Assembly: GCF_902713615.1 (NCBI RefSeq)
Contig: NC_052152.1
Coordinates: 35,129,810-35,193,809 of the forward strand
From: Scyliorhinus canicula
Lineage: Eukaryota
DNA length: 64,000 bases
Direction of reading: 5' to 3'
Shown: piece after piece, positions 24,801 through 35,809 of the stretch
How the letters are laid out: each line of letters opens with the position of its first letter
Position numbering within the stretch: the first letter of the stretch is position 1
Program-made: the position numbers and the translations under genes
The notes under the pieces: generated by a model
The model's input: only the letters and a program-made list of their open reading frames with translations
What the model was told of the DNA's origin: nothing
The model's database searches: none

Positions 24801-27800
24801 TTGCCCATTCACTCAAACCTATTTATATCCTGACTCATGCCTTATACTTAAAATTCCAATTAAGGGGCAATTTAGCATGACCAATTCATCTACCCTTTTT
24901 TGGGTTGCGGCAGTCAGTAACTCAGAGCCAGGACCAAACCCGGGTCCTCGGCAGCGTGAGGCAGAAGTGCTAACCGTTGCACCGCTGACTTGTGCCTTGT
25001 AGATGGTGGACAGGCTTTGGGGAGTCCCTCAGGTTCAATCAGCACCAGTCAGCTCTCAAAGGGGATTCTGCCTATGGTCTACTGGGACTGTGGCAACATT
25101 CAGATCTGTGGAGACTATCGACTCATGGGTGTTCAGCTGCAAATAGTTTAAGAATTGAACTAGAATACTGGGGTAAAAGCAAAATACTGCAGAGGCTGGA
25201 GTCTGAAACAAAAACAAAGGAGAGTTACTCGCCACAGGATTCCTAGCCTTTGACCTGTTCTTGTAGCCATAGTATTTATATGGCTTGTCCAGTTCAGTTT
25301 CTGGTCAATACTAACCACCAGGATGTTGACAGTGCAGGATTCAGCAATGGTAATTCCATTGACTGTCATGGGATGGTTAGATTCACTGGTTGGAGATGGT
25401 CATTGCTTGGATCATACCAAGACATGAAACAAAATATCGATAACATCCTGGCAACTTGATAATTTAAAACATGGACAAACACTGGCTGAGGCCTTGACTG
25501 GCTACACAAAAGGAATTTCCAGCCGAAAACCACAGCAACCTGGTTATCTCCAAAGAGACACTTAGCCTCCTGTGGGTGCAGAAATTAAACTCCAAGCAAC
25601 TGCACAAAAAAAAAAATAAGGCAGGCTTTGGCCAATGGAGACAAGGAGCCCGAAACCTTTGGTAAACCTATCAATGGATGAAACATTAACTATTGCAATA
25701 ATCCAGATCAGGAATATACATCCTTGACCCAAACCATGGGGAATAAGTGGGAGTTGTGACACATGATTTCCCCCCACCGGAGCTGTGTCACATGGCCGCC
25801 ACTACCAAAGTAGAGTTCGGTCGAAGTTTAAATTCCCGACTCTCATTTACGCTGTTCATAAGATATAGGAGCAGAATTAGGCCATTTGGCCCATCGAGTC
25901 TGCTTTGACATTCGATCATGGTTGATGTCATCCTGGCCTTAACTCCATCGTCCTGCATGTTCTCCATAATCCTTCAACCCATTAACACTATCAAAACCTC
26001 TAACTCCCCCTTAAATTTCCTCACTATCCCAGCATCCACTGCACTCTGGGACAGCGAATTCCACAATCCTTTGGGAGAAGTCGTTTCTCCTCAACTCATT
26101 TTAAATTTGCTACCTCTTATCCCAAGACTATGATCTCTCGTTCTAGAATGCCCCACAAGAGGAAGCATCGCTCCACGCCTACTTTATCCATACCTTTTAT
26201 CATCTTGTTTCTACTGGGAGTGTCTGAACTTCTGCACCAGTGCCTACTACAAGACTAATTCATTTCTAGGTGCTTAGCTCATTGTGAAAATCAGCGCTAC
26301 TGGAAAGTTAATAATCTCACACCAGCCTGCTTACCTCTGAAGGAATACATCATTGGACTTTTGATTGTGGACTCACGTGAAACAATTATTTTCTGTGCCT
26401 TTGCCCTGTATTTCTTTCGCATATCCCTCTTATTTTATGAATGCAAAGTGTGTGTGTGTGTATGGTTGGGGGGGGGGGGGGGGGGGGGGGGGAGGAGAAA
26501 GAGAACTTTGCGAATCCTCTTCCCACATTTTGAGAGTGTATAACATGAACTAACCCTATCTAAAGTTTGCTCTGTGCTTTTTAAATAGAGGATTGGATCA
26601 CAAAACTAGGGTTGGGGAAAATCCACTAACACTTTCAAAGGCGGGAGATCAAATATCAAAAGCACCAGTTTACACAGTGGAGAAATCAATGCGTTTTGAC
26701 TGCCCGTAACACCTGCCACTTGTATGGCATGAATATCACTTGCCACTACATTGTCATGCTGCATTTGGATATGGACTGCTTCAGCATTATATTTAATCTT
26801 CCAACATACTAGGCTTCCCAAGATAGTTTTTGTAATGCGCTTCCACTACTGAAATCTGGCATAACAGAGGACTTACCAGCACTGCATAGGTGTCTCATCG
26901 TGTGAATAATAAACAGCACTCGACAGATCACACCAGGCATTCAATCATTGGTGAAAAGTTAAGACGTGAAAATATAACATCTGTATCCATGGTGGATACT
27001 GATTCGGATCTCCAACACTAAACTCTAAAAAAGAAAATCCCGATTTGGATGCAAGCTCTGGAGAAATACTCAGGCTTGTATTATATGCTAAATCACACAC
27101 CTTGCTTGCTGCCACTTTGCAATGTTTTTGTACGACAACTAGAAGCTGCTGGTGAACTGAAGCACAATCTTCTTCGGTCTCCAAACTTTCTCCTGGCAAG
27201 AGATGGGTCTTCAGAGATATTTTCTGTTGAAAGGAAAAGAAAAATGTACTGACAGCAAAATGACAAATTTAGACAACAGCATATGACTACTTACAGTCAA
27301 GTATAAGCAAAGGTGACCCGATTTCAAAAATCTTGCCTTTTAACCAAATAACCACAAGAGCTGTCCAGGACTTCAATCTACCCACTTTAAGGGTAGCAGT
27401 TTTGTCTGTATTTGAGTAAGCAATTCAGGGACAGTAAATCATAAAAATCTTCATGCACAGCTTGGAAGTACATTTGTTACAAATTTAACCATGAAGATCA
27501 TTTTAGTCTTCAGCTCAGCAAAAGCAGGTAGTCACACCCAGCACAAAGGAAGATGGGGGTGGCCGTTGGGCCCCAATCAACTCCGCCTCAAGATACCACT
27601 TGCAGGAGGTTCCTTGGGGTAGGTCTAACCATCTTCAGCTGCTTCAATGGTCTTCTCTCCATCAAAAGGTCAAAATCGGGCAGCACGGTGGCCTAGTGGT
27701 TAGCACAACCGCCTCACGGCGCTGAGGTCCCAGGTTCGATCCCGGCTCTGGGTCACTGTCCGTGTGGAGTTTGCACGTTCTCCCCGTGTCTGCGTGGGTT

Positions 27801-30800
27801 TCGCCCCCACAACCCAAAAATGTGCAGGGTAGGTGGATTGGCCATGCTAAATTGCCCCTTAATTGGAAAAAATAATTGGCTAATCTAAATTTTTTTTTAA
27901 AAAAGGTCAAAATCGTTGATTATACGGTATTCAATTTTGTATACAACTCCTCAATTAAACAGTGTGCCCACAGACAGCAAGATATCCAACATTCATCAGG
28001 CTTAGGCAGCTAAGTGACAAGTAACATTTGTGCTACACAAGCAACAGGCATTGACCACCTCCAACAAGAGGGTGCCCAACCAGCTTTCCAAGGCATATTA
28101 CTATTGCTACATCTACCCACCATCGATATCCTGTGTTAATCATCTGACCAAAAACTTAATGGGACCAGCCACATAAATATTGTGCCCACAAGAGTCTGTC
28201 AGAGGCTGAGCATTCGGAGGCATATGACTCATCTCCCGACTCTCCCAAGCATGCCTAACATCTACAAGGCACACAAGCGATGGAATTCTTTCCATTTGCC
28301 TGGAGGAGAACATCTCCAGATTTACTTCCTCCACCATCACCATACCAAGGCTGCAGTGTATATATCCAAAAGATGCACAGCAGTACCTAATCAATGCTTC
28401 TCGACAGCATCTTCCAAACCCACAACCTCAAATATCTAGAAGGATGAGGGTAGAAAATGCATTGAAACCCCCCCCCCCCGAAAGATTCCCTCAAATAACA
28501 CACCAACCTGATTTGAAAAAAATATCAGCATGGTCAAGAAATGTTGAAAAGCATTTAAAGGGGTGCAGCATTGATTTACCAGAATTATACCTTGTAATGT
28601 AACCCTTACAATTTAACCCTTAGATTCAAAGATGGGATTATACAAACTTGGGTTGTATTCCCTAGCATTTTAAAGATTGGTATAAAGGGGATAGGGAGAA
28701 CCTATTTCTGATGGCTGGAGTGTCTAGGGCATAATCTACATATTGGAGTAAAGCTATTCAGGAGTTAAATTAAGTAATACTTGCAAGTACAAAGGGCTGT
28801 AGAAGTTTGGAACTTAATGGCAATTGATGCCAGTCAAATTGTCAATTTTAAATGAGTGAACAGATTTTTGGGATATGATTAATCCGAAAGCATGTCACAT
28901 CAGCCATGACCTCACTGAATAACGGAACAGACTTGTGGGGTTTATTCCTGTTCCTGATGCAGTGCAGCGGAGTTGACCAATACATGTTAACTTTCAACTC
29001 TGCTTAACCCATCTCAGACAGATGGTGCAAAAGGTAGAAGTAGAAATCGCTGCCAGACTGTTACTGTACTCTTTGTAGCTATCTTAGAAAGGCACTAGAA
29101 TAGCCCATTCCCCCTTCAATTTCTCAGAAAAATTAGATAAAGTGGAGAAGGAAAATATCCTGCAATGGGCCAGGGAACAGAACTGCAAATGGGAAGAGAA
29201 CATGGTCCGAATCTATCAATATATCAGAGCAGAGCTAGTGAAGAGGTGTGCTGGGTTTAACAAGGCCAAGGCGATGCCACACCGAAGGCAGATTCAGGTC
29301 GGGGTACTGTACCCGTCAAAACTGTGGGTGACTTTCGATGGCCACGAGTCCTATTTTGAAACCCCAGGGGAGGCCAATGACCTCAGAGACCATAAAATGG
29401 GAGATAACTGAATGTTGATGGGAGATGGAGGAGCTGAAACAGTGGGCATTATGGGGGTCGGACGGGGTGTTTGGTCGCTGGGGTGGTTTGTTAAGGGGCA
29501 ATAATTTTGTAAGGAGCAAATTACCCCCACCCACTCCCACCGCCTGTGCTGTATTTCTTTTTGGAGAGGGTGTGGGGTGCGTGTGTGAGGGTCCAGGGGG
29601 AGCCGTTTGCACAGACCAAGGAGGGAAGGGTGGGTGGAGTGTAGCCACCTGGGGTGGCCACGTCCCGATTTCAAAATGGACACTTGCAAGGAGTACAGGG
29701 AAAATTGGACAGTAGTAGGAAAACAAGCATGTGCAAGGTTTGCCTGTGGATCAATACAAATGATTGCGACATGGTCCAATTAATTGGGGCCAAATTCAGG
29801 GACCACCCAGAAGGAGCAAAACCCTTTGGGGTATAAAGAGGAGTCCCCAAAGACAGATCGCTCTCTTCTTCTTCACCTTCATCCTGGCCTTGGCTCTCAG
29901 CGACGAGAGGCCCGCCAAGCACCAGCCAATTAAGTCTAAGGTCAACGCACGCTACGAGATGGGCGCTTCTCGCTACTATTCTATACCAGTTCGAAGCCAG
30001 CAGTCTCAGAACCGGACAACGGCCATTGTTCCTCTGACTGAGTGGGCACCCGAAGCTAAGTATAGGCTTTTAGTAGTAGTTGTAGTTTAGTGAGTAGAGT
30101 TTGTGCATGAGTAATAATTGACTGTGTAAATAAATGTGCATTGATTTCAAACTTACTAACTGGTGTATCGAGTCTTTGATCAGTATTCGGTTTTGAACCT
30201 TGTGGTGGTATCGAAAGGATACCTGGCGACTCTTGAGCAAAGGTAATTAAAACAGAGCAAATTAAGGAAAGCATATCGAGCAACAGGAGCCTTCAGGCAG
30301 GAGCTGCCATGCTGGCAGGCAATGCTGGTGAATGGAAGTGAGGTGGGGAGGTGGCCACGGGGATGGCCAAATTGCAGCAGGGGAGGCAGTATTAGAGAAT
30401 GAGCGTGGTTATGGGCAGACAAGTGCTATCTTGGATGTGCCCGGTTCAGGGCGAAATCAAAGGAGGTAGAATTGGAAGGGGATGATGGCCGACGGTGGAG
30501 GTAAAATTCGTAACATGGAATGTACGGGGACTGAACGGGCTGGTGAAGAGATCTCGGGTCTTCGCGTACTTGAGGAGCTTGAAGGTGGGGGTGATTTTTC
30601 TGCAGGAGACATCTGTGGGTGAAGGATCAGGTAAGGTTGAGAAAGGGACGTGTGGGTCAGGGAGAGTGGCCATCTTTCTGAGCAAAACGGACACCGTTTG
30701 TAGGGGCAAAGGAAGTGCAGGACCCGGGTGTGAGGTATGTGAAGTGAGCGGGGTGCTGTGAAGGGGTTGCTGGGAACGATTCCGGACCTAGACACACATC

Positions 30801-33800
30801 AGTTGATTATGGGTCGATTTTAACTGCGTGCTGGAACCAAGGGTGAATAGGTCGAGCCCCAGGTCAAAAAGAAGGTCGAGGATGGTGAAGGAGTGGGGGG
30901 GGGGGCAGTTTATGGAAAGGATGAGAATGGTGGATCTGTGGAGGTTTAGGAACCTGAGAGAACGAGTACTCCTTCTCGCAAGTATACAAGATACACCCCA
31001 GAATTGAAATTTTCGTAGTGAGCCAAGCGGGGGGGGCGAATACACGGGAATCGTGATTTCAGACCATGCGTTGCACTGGTTGGAGGTTAGACTTAGCCTG
31101 AGGCAGGAGCAGAGGCCAAGATGGAGGCTGGATTCGGGGCTTTTGGCAGACATGGGGTTCTGTGAGGAGGTCTGTGATCAGAGATTACGTGGAGTTGAAT
31201 CAGAATGGGGAGGTGTCAGCGGCTATGGTTTGGGAGGCGGTGGTACAGGGCTGAGGTTATCTCGTTCAGGCGCACAGTGAGAGAAGTATGGACGGGTGTT
31301 GGATAGGAAACAAGAGTTTTGGGTTGCACACGGGAACAAGGCAAGGGTGTCCGCTGTTGCCGTTATTGTTTGCGCTGGCAATGGCCCCTAGTTGCAATTT
31401 AGGATAGCCAGGGGCAGGTTCAGGTATCTGGGGGTACAGGTCATGGGAGAGTAGTCGAGGGTGCACAAGTGAAACCTGACAACATTGGTGGAGGAGATTA
31501 GGGGGGATTTTAAGAGATGGGATACACTACACCCGACATTGGTGGAAGGGTCAAGGTGGTTAAAATGAACGTTTTGCCAAGGATCCCGTTTGTATTCCAG
31601 ACCCTCCCGACCTTTATTCTGAAGGCCTTTTCCCGGAAATTGGACAAAGCGATCTCGGAGTTTATATGGGCGGGGAAATAGCTAGGGTGAAGAAGGCCCT
31701 GTTACAGAGGCACAGGCAGAAAGGGGGGTTGGCGCTACCAAACCTGCTGCATTACTACTGGGCAGCGAATGCAGAGAAGGTAAGATGGTGGTGGGAATGA
31801 AAGGGGTTAGAATGAAGGTAGAGTCCTGTCGAGGATCCAGCCCGAGGGCCATGGTGACAGCATCGCTTCCACTGGCACCGGGGAGATACACAGTGAGCCC
31901 GGTGTTGCAGTCCACGATTAGTGTGTGGAACCAGTTGAGGAGACACTTTAGGATGGAGGGGATGTCGGTGCTGACACATTGTGCGAAAAGCATGGGTTTA
32001 AGTTGGGGGAGACGGACGGCATGTATAAGAACATAGAACAGTACAGGTCCTTCGGCCCATGATCTTCTGCCAACCATTTATCCTAATCTAAGGTCAACCT
32101 AACCTACACCCCTTCAATTTACTGCTGTCCATGTACCTGCCCAAGAGTCGCTTAAACATCCCTAATGACTCAAGAGTCCACCACTTCTGCTGGCAGTACA
32201 TTCCACACATCCACCACTCTCTGTGTAAAGAACCCACCTCTGACATCTCCCCTATACCTTCCTCCAATCACCTTAAAATTGTGTCCCCTCATGACAGCCA
32301 TTTCCACCCTGGGGGCATCACGGTGACGCAGTGGGCTAGTCCTGTCCTCATGGCACCGAGGTCCCAGGTTCGATCCCGGCTCTGGGTCACTGTCCGTGTG
32401 GAGTTTGCACATTCTCCCCGTGTTTGCGTGGGTTTTGCCCCCACAACGCAAAGATGTGCAGGGTAGGTGAATTGGCCACTTTAAATTGCCCCTTAATTGG
32501 AAAAAATGAATTGGGTACTCTAAATTTATAAAAAGAAAATTTTTTTTTTTGAATATATGTTTGGAATATGATACATTTAGAAAAAAGGAAAATTCAGACA
32601 CACACACACAAACAGACCTGGTGTTGCATTCAGATTTTGAATCAAACAATCATCCGATGGATCTGTTCTCAGGAAAGATGTAGGAATATTGACACGAAGT
32701 GTTGTTAACCGTGATTGCGTTCTTGTAGAATTCAGAATATCTTCATAGGACCGGCGCAGGTGAACTGAAGGCACAAAAGGTCTATTCAATATTTGTTCAA
32801 CAGAATTTTGGCTTATTTATGTGACAATCCAGTAAATTATTTTGCTTCCATTGTTTCAAATGCAAGTGCTGAGCTTGCCTGCGATGCTCTCCCATTTGGT
32901 CTAGGGGCAGGGAATAAAAACAAACTTAAGTCAAGATTTTTTAAAAACAGTATTGCTCACTATGGAATATACAGCAGTAAGCACTTGCACCGCATCATAA
33001 ATAACAGTTGTGTTTTGAAGTGACTTTTGCACAAGTGGAAATATATTTCCTTCCTAAGATAATCAAAAAATGTTAGAATTTTTGAAATTGCTAAAGCATT
33101 GAATGCCCCACCAAAGTAACAAAATGCACTATAATTTGTAAAATAAGAACCAGTAGGTGGGACTTGAATTCAGTAATACTTTTGAATGGCATGGTATGCT
33201 GGTTAGAGTCTCCCTTGTTGGAGATGGTCATTGCCTGGCATAAATGTTACAAGCCACTTCGCACCCCAAGCCAGAATGCCACCCAAGCCATGCCGCAAGT
33301 GGGCAGACTGCTGAATTGCAAAGAGAACTGAGCATTGCATCATCAGACAACATCCACACTTCTGATCTTATGATGGAGGGAATGTCATCAGCGAAGTGGC
33401 AGAAGATAGTTGGGGCTAGGACACTATCCAGAGAAACTCCGGCAGCCGTGTCTTGGGGCTAAGATCATTGGCCTTCAACACTGCAACCAACTTCCTTTGT
33501 GCTCGGTATGACTCCAGCTAGTGGAGAGTTTCACCTGGATTCCCATTAGCTTCAATTTTAAAAAGCTCTTTGATACCACAATTGGTCAAATGCCGTCTTG
33601 ATAAAGAACAAGTACTCTCACCTCGAGATTTCAGTTATTTTGTCCATGAAATCTGGAGCCCAAACTGAGCATTATGGGCAAAGGAGGTTATTGGTGATTC
33701 AGTGCCACTTGAAAGCACCATAGACAATACAACACCTTCCATCACTTTGCTGACAATTGACAGTAGACTGATGGAGCAGTTATTGGATTCATCCTGCTTT

Positions 33801-34757
33801 TTGTGGACAATATTGCTTGAAGTTGAAAACACATGATAAATGTGACTTCAACCAGTTAGGTAACCACGGCCAAGATGACACGACTGGCCAACAGGGGTCT
33901 CATGACTTGAAAGGTTAGCGCTCACCAATTCGGGGGGGGGGGGGGGGGGGGGACTCATGGACAAGGTTGAAAGAATAAATCTCTCCATACCTCGCGTTTT
34001 ATTTGTGCTCAAAATTTATCGATCACATAAAAATCTATAATTTTATCTCCACAGACGCTCCCCGAGTATTTCCAAGATCCAAAACACTTTGTTTTATATC
34101 TAATTAATAATCAGGTGTTCATATACTATAAAATATGCTATATTGATCAATATAGTGGATAGGTAAACATCTGTCAGAGAGCAATATACAAGTTTATTTT
34201 TTTTAAATCAATATGATGGTTAACTAAACACCCTTTAATTGCTGGCTCGTGTTTGGCGCCTAGTGCGACTTTTATTTTCGACAGTAGTGAACAATACCCT
34301 CAAATTATTTGAATGAATAAATCCACTTTCTACATTAGGTTTATTTACTAAGATCACCGGCACAATATTTTATACATTTACGTTTAAATGATACATTTTG
34401 CGCGAACATGCAGAGTGGCGAAAACCGCTTTCCTCATCTGCCCGCCAATACCACAGTAAAATGACTCTCCCCTTAAAAGCACATAACTCAACTTTTTTCT
34501 TGCAAGCGCGACACAGATCAGTAGTTTAACTTCACAGATGCAATACTTCGTGTGTATTACCATTGTATTGACTTTCAACAGGTTTTAAAACTGGCAAGCA
34601 ACTCAGCTCCCTCTCCCTCCCCCCCTCGCCTCGTCTCTGTTGAGCGCCTTATTTTTTCCGCGTCTATTTAAAAATGGACTTTTTACTCACCAGCAAGTTT
34701 AGGCTGCGGGTTTGGGATTTCCACCAGAACTTGTCTCAGGTTCACAGCAGGAGCCAT
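15758..34757 (-). CDS. cut8: Cut8/Sts1-family nuclear proteasome tether homologue (multi-exon gene; 273 aa if exons 1, 3a, 4, 5, 6, 7 are joined)
   Basis: Phase-compatible GT-AG exons 34691-34757, 27101-27223, 24229-24359, 23940-24101, 18487-18713 and 15758-15869 total 822 nt. The joined 3' exons read LNDLTSSQLV..RYPELEEE-DLKLVLPSLNL..KINMYRSIPRWRLGSNRDAYCYRKAHVHLQAFK-KICLEQGRLL..WETALDYVLIAW..ELPQWDNSFHN..QCFTALAVQCMTSL..IKPCLDEL, matching my recollection of metazoan Cut8 motifs. Family call is by recognition only. Confidence 0.8.
17084..17425 (-). mobile_element. HE1-type SINE (long form)
   Basis: Same consensus. Confidence 0.88.
18257..18380 (+). mobile_element. Short Penelope-like insertion with a 5' inverted hairpin
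   Basis: 20-bp stem AAACACTAGCTTTCGGAGCA/TGCTCCGAACGCTAGTGTTT; flanking duplication ACATTATTTTTAAA. Confidence 0.6.
18487..18713 (-). CDS. cut8: cut8-like exon 6 (KICLEQGRLL..LPQWDNSFHN..LKK)
   Basis: Acceptor attgccttgcag, donor AAG|GTACCT, 227 nt phase 0/2; contains the LPxWDNxxHN motif. Confidence 0.88.
19137..19362 (+). mobile_element. HE1-type SINE with TSD
   Basis: Flanked by TTGCAGGTACAT duplications. Confidence 0.92.
19585..19868 (+). mobile_element. HE1-type SINE split by a Penelope-like terminal fragment (19698-19797)
   Basis: SINE halves joined across the duplication ATGTGTA. Confidence 0.75.
20400..23760. mobile_element. Patchwork of decayed non-LTR (CR1/L2-like) LINE fragments and SINEs
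   Basis: Recurrent segments (IKPRDQPWFN, TINILG..DQKL) also seen at 25.2-25.4, 33.2-33.8, 48.2-49.1 and 61.8-62.3 kb. Confidence 0.65.
23940..24101 (-). CDS. cut8: cut8-like exon 5 (DLKLVLP..MYRSIPRWRLGSNRDAYCYRKAHVHLQAFK)
   Basis: Acceptor cctgaacag, donor AAG|GTTTGT, 162 nt phase 0/0, 127-nt upstream intron. Confidence 0.88.
24229..24359 (-). CDS. cut8: cut8-like exon 4 (ELPFKKQRLNFKP..YPELEEE)
   Basis: Acceptor ttttctttttccttag, donor GAG|GTATGT, phase 1/0, open. Confidence 0.85.
26877..27024 (-). pseudogene. cut8-like exon 3b candidate, disrupted
   Basis: Acceptor ttttcttttttag and strong donor CTG|GTAAGT; 148 nt (3n+1); stop codons in all frames. An internal ATG at 26940 is in frame with exon 4. 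Confidence 0.45.
27101..27223 (-). CDS. cut8: cut8-like exon 3a (ENISEDPSLARRKFGDRRRLCFSSP..SKQ)
   Basis: Acceptor tcttttcctttcaacag; open 123-nt phase 1/1 exon; donor CAAG|GTGTGT; basic NLS-like cluster. Confidence 0.65.
27678..27905 (+). mobile_element. HE1-type SINE with TSD
   Basis: Flanked by AAAAGGTCAAAATCG duplications. Confidence 0.92.
29130..32020 (+). mobile_element. L1-clade LINE remnant
   Basis: ORF1 C-terminus (RIYQ..AELVKR), endonuclease TWNVRGLNG/FLQET, GTRQGCPL, LPNL..YYWAA. Confidence 0.85.
29640..30285 (+). mobile_element. Solo LTR inside an L1 remnant
   Basis: TGTAGCC..GAGCAACA, 4-bp TSD GGAG, TATAAA and AATAAA inside. Confidence 0.85.
32312..32550 (+). mobile_element. 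HE1-type SINE
   Basis: Same consensus. Confidence 0.88.
32618..32900 (-). pseudogene. cut8-like exon 2 candidate with an internal 1-nt frame disruption
   Basis: Pyrimidine-rich acceptor ttccctgcccctag and donor CAG|GTCTGT; 283 nt (3n+1). The entry frame stops at TGA 32797-32799, while the +1 frame is open from 32816 to the donor (ISQNSVEQILNRPF..NLNATP). Confidence 0.55.
34691..34757 (-). CDS. cut8: cut8-like coding exon 1 (MAPAVNLRQVLVEIPNPQPKLA)
   Basis: ATG at 34757; strong donor CTG|GTGAGT; phase 1 matches downstream exons; next to a promoter-like CCAAT/GC-box region; encodes RxxLxxIxN. Confidence 0.7.
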
Positions 34758-34859
34758 TAACAAATAAATATACACAAAATACCCAATTTACCTAAAAGTC
34801 TTACTTTATTTGGGGGGGGGATCTCACAACTATTTAAAAACTCCTGGATCCGATCTCGA

Positions 34860-35200
34860 TTTTCCTGTTTAAAAACGAGTGATTTCTTCTTGCAATTTGA
34901 ACGCTATAAAAGAGGATGGGAGTTTTTTTTCCTCTGTAAGTGACTGACGTTGCAATCTAATGCTCACTCGGTCCCTTTCCCAGCCCTAGCCCTTGCTGTT
35001 CACCTGACTACCCTGCGCTGAATGACTGATTCACTGAAAAGCTGACCGTTCTCTTGCTGCTGTGTAACAAAGTGGAAATTGCCGCGCGGGCGGGGCTTCG
35101 TCGCTTTAGCCAATGCCAACACCGTGTCTAACTCCCAGACTCTTGCTATTGGATACTTGTCAGTCCTTTTAACCGGAACTCAGAAGCCGGCACTCGCCTC
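34860..35200 (-). promoter_or_regulatory. Probable promoter of the cut8-like gene
   Basis: Unique, CpG-containing sequence with a GC box (35088-35095), CCAAT (35110-35114), ATTGG (35148-35152), ETS-like CCGGAA (35173-35178), TGACGT (34945-34950) and TTTGAA (34896-34901). Confidence 0.55.
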
Positions 35201-35809
35201 TACACCAGGCAAATGAGGAACAAGTTGTCATCGCTTTGTGTTAAAGATATACAATATGTCCACTTCCAAAACTGACAATGAATGAATTATACACGGGCAG
35301 TCATTGTCAACGGGGGATATAATTTAGTACGAATGAAGCAGGGCGACATTCCCATCGGCCTGGCTGAAACTGAGCTGATTCGTACTAGAGCATCAAATTC
35401 AGAGAAATGTCTGTACATATCTCACCGGATTTGTTCCAGGGAAGACGTAGATAGATGGGAGAAGTTGGGACTGTTTTCCTTGGAGAAGGGAAGGTTGAGC
35501 GGAGATTTGATAGAGGTATTCAAGAGGTATCGTGAGGGGTCTGGCACAGGTGGAAGGATCGAGAACAGGGGGCACACATTTAAGGTAATGATAATCTTTA
35601 TTATTGTCACAAATTGGCTTACATTAACACGGCAATGAGGTTACTGTGAAAAGCCCCCAGCTCCCAGTCGCCACATTCCGACACCTGTTCGGGTACACTG
35701 AGGAAGAATTCAGAACGTCCAAATGACCGAACAGCATGTCTTTCGGGGCTTGTGGGAGGAAACCAAAACCCACGCAGACACGGGGAGAACGTGCAGACTC
35801 TGGGGCTTG

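Noticed and set aside
26945-27199. Track ORF MPGESLETEEDC.. as the cut8-like exon frame
   Set aside because: Its frame is incompatible with the phase-1 acceptor at 27223; the exon 3a frame fits the neighbouring exons.
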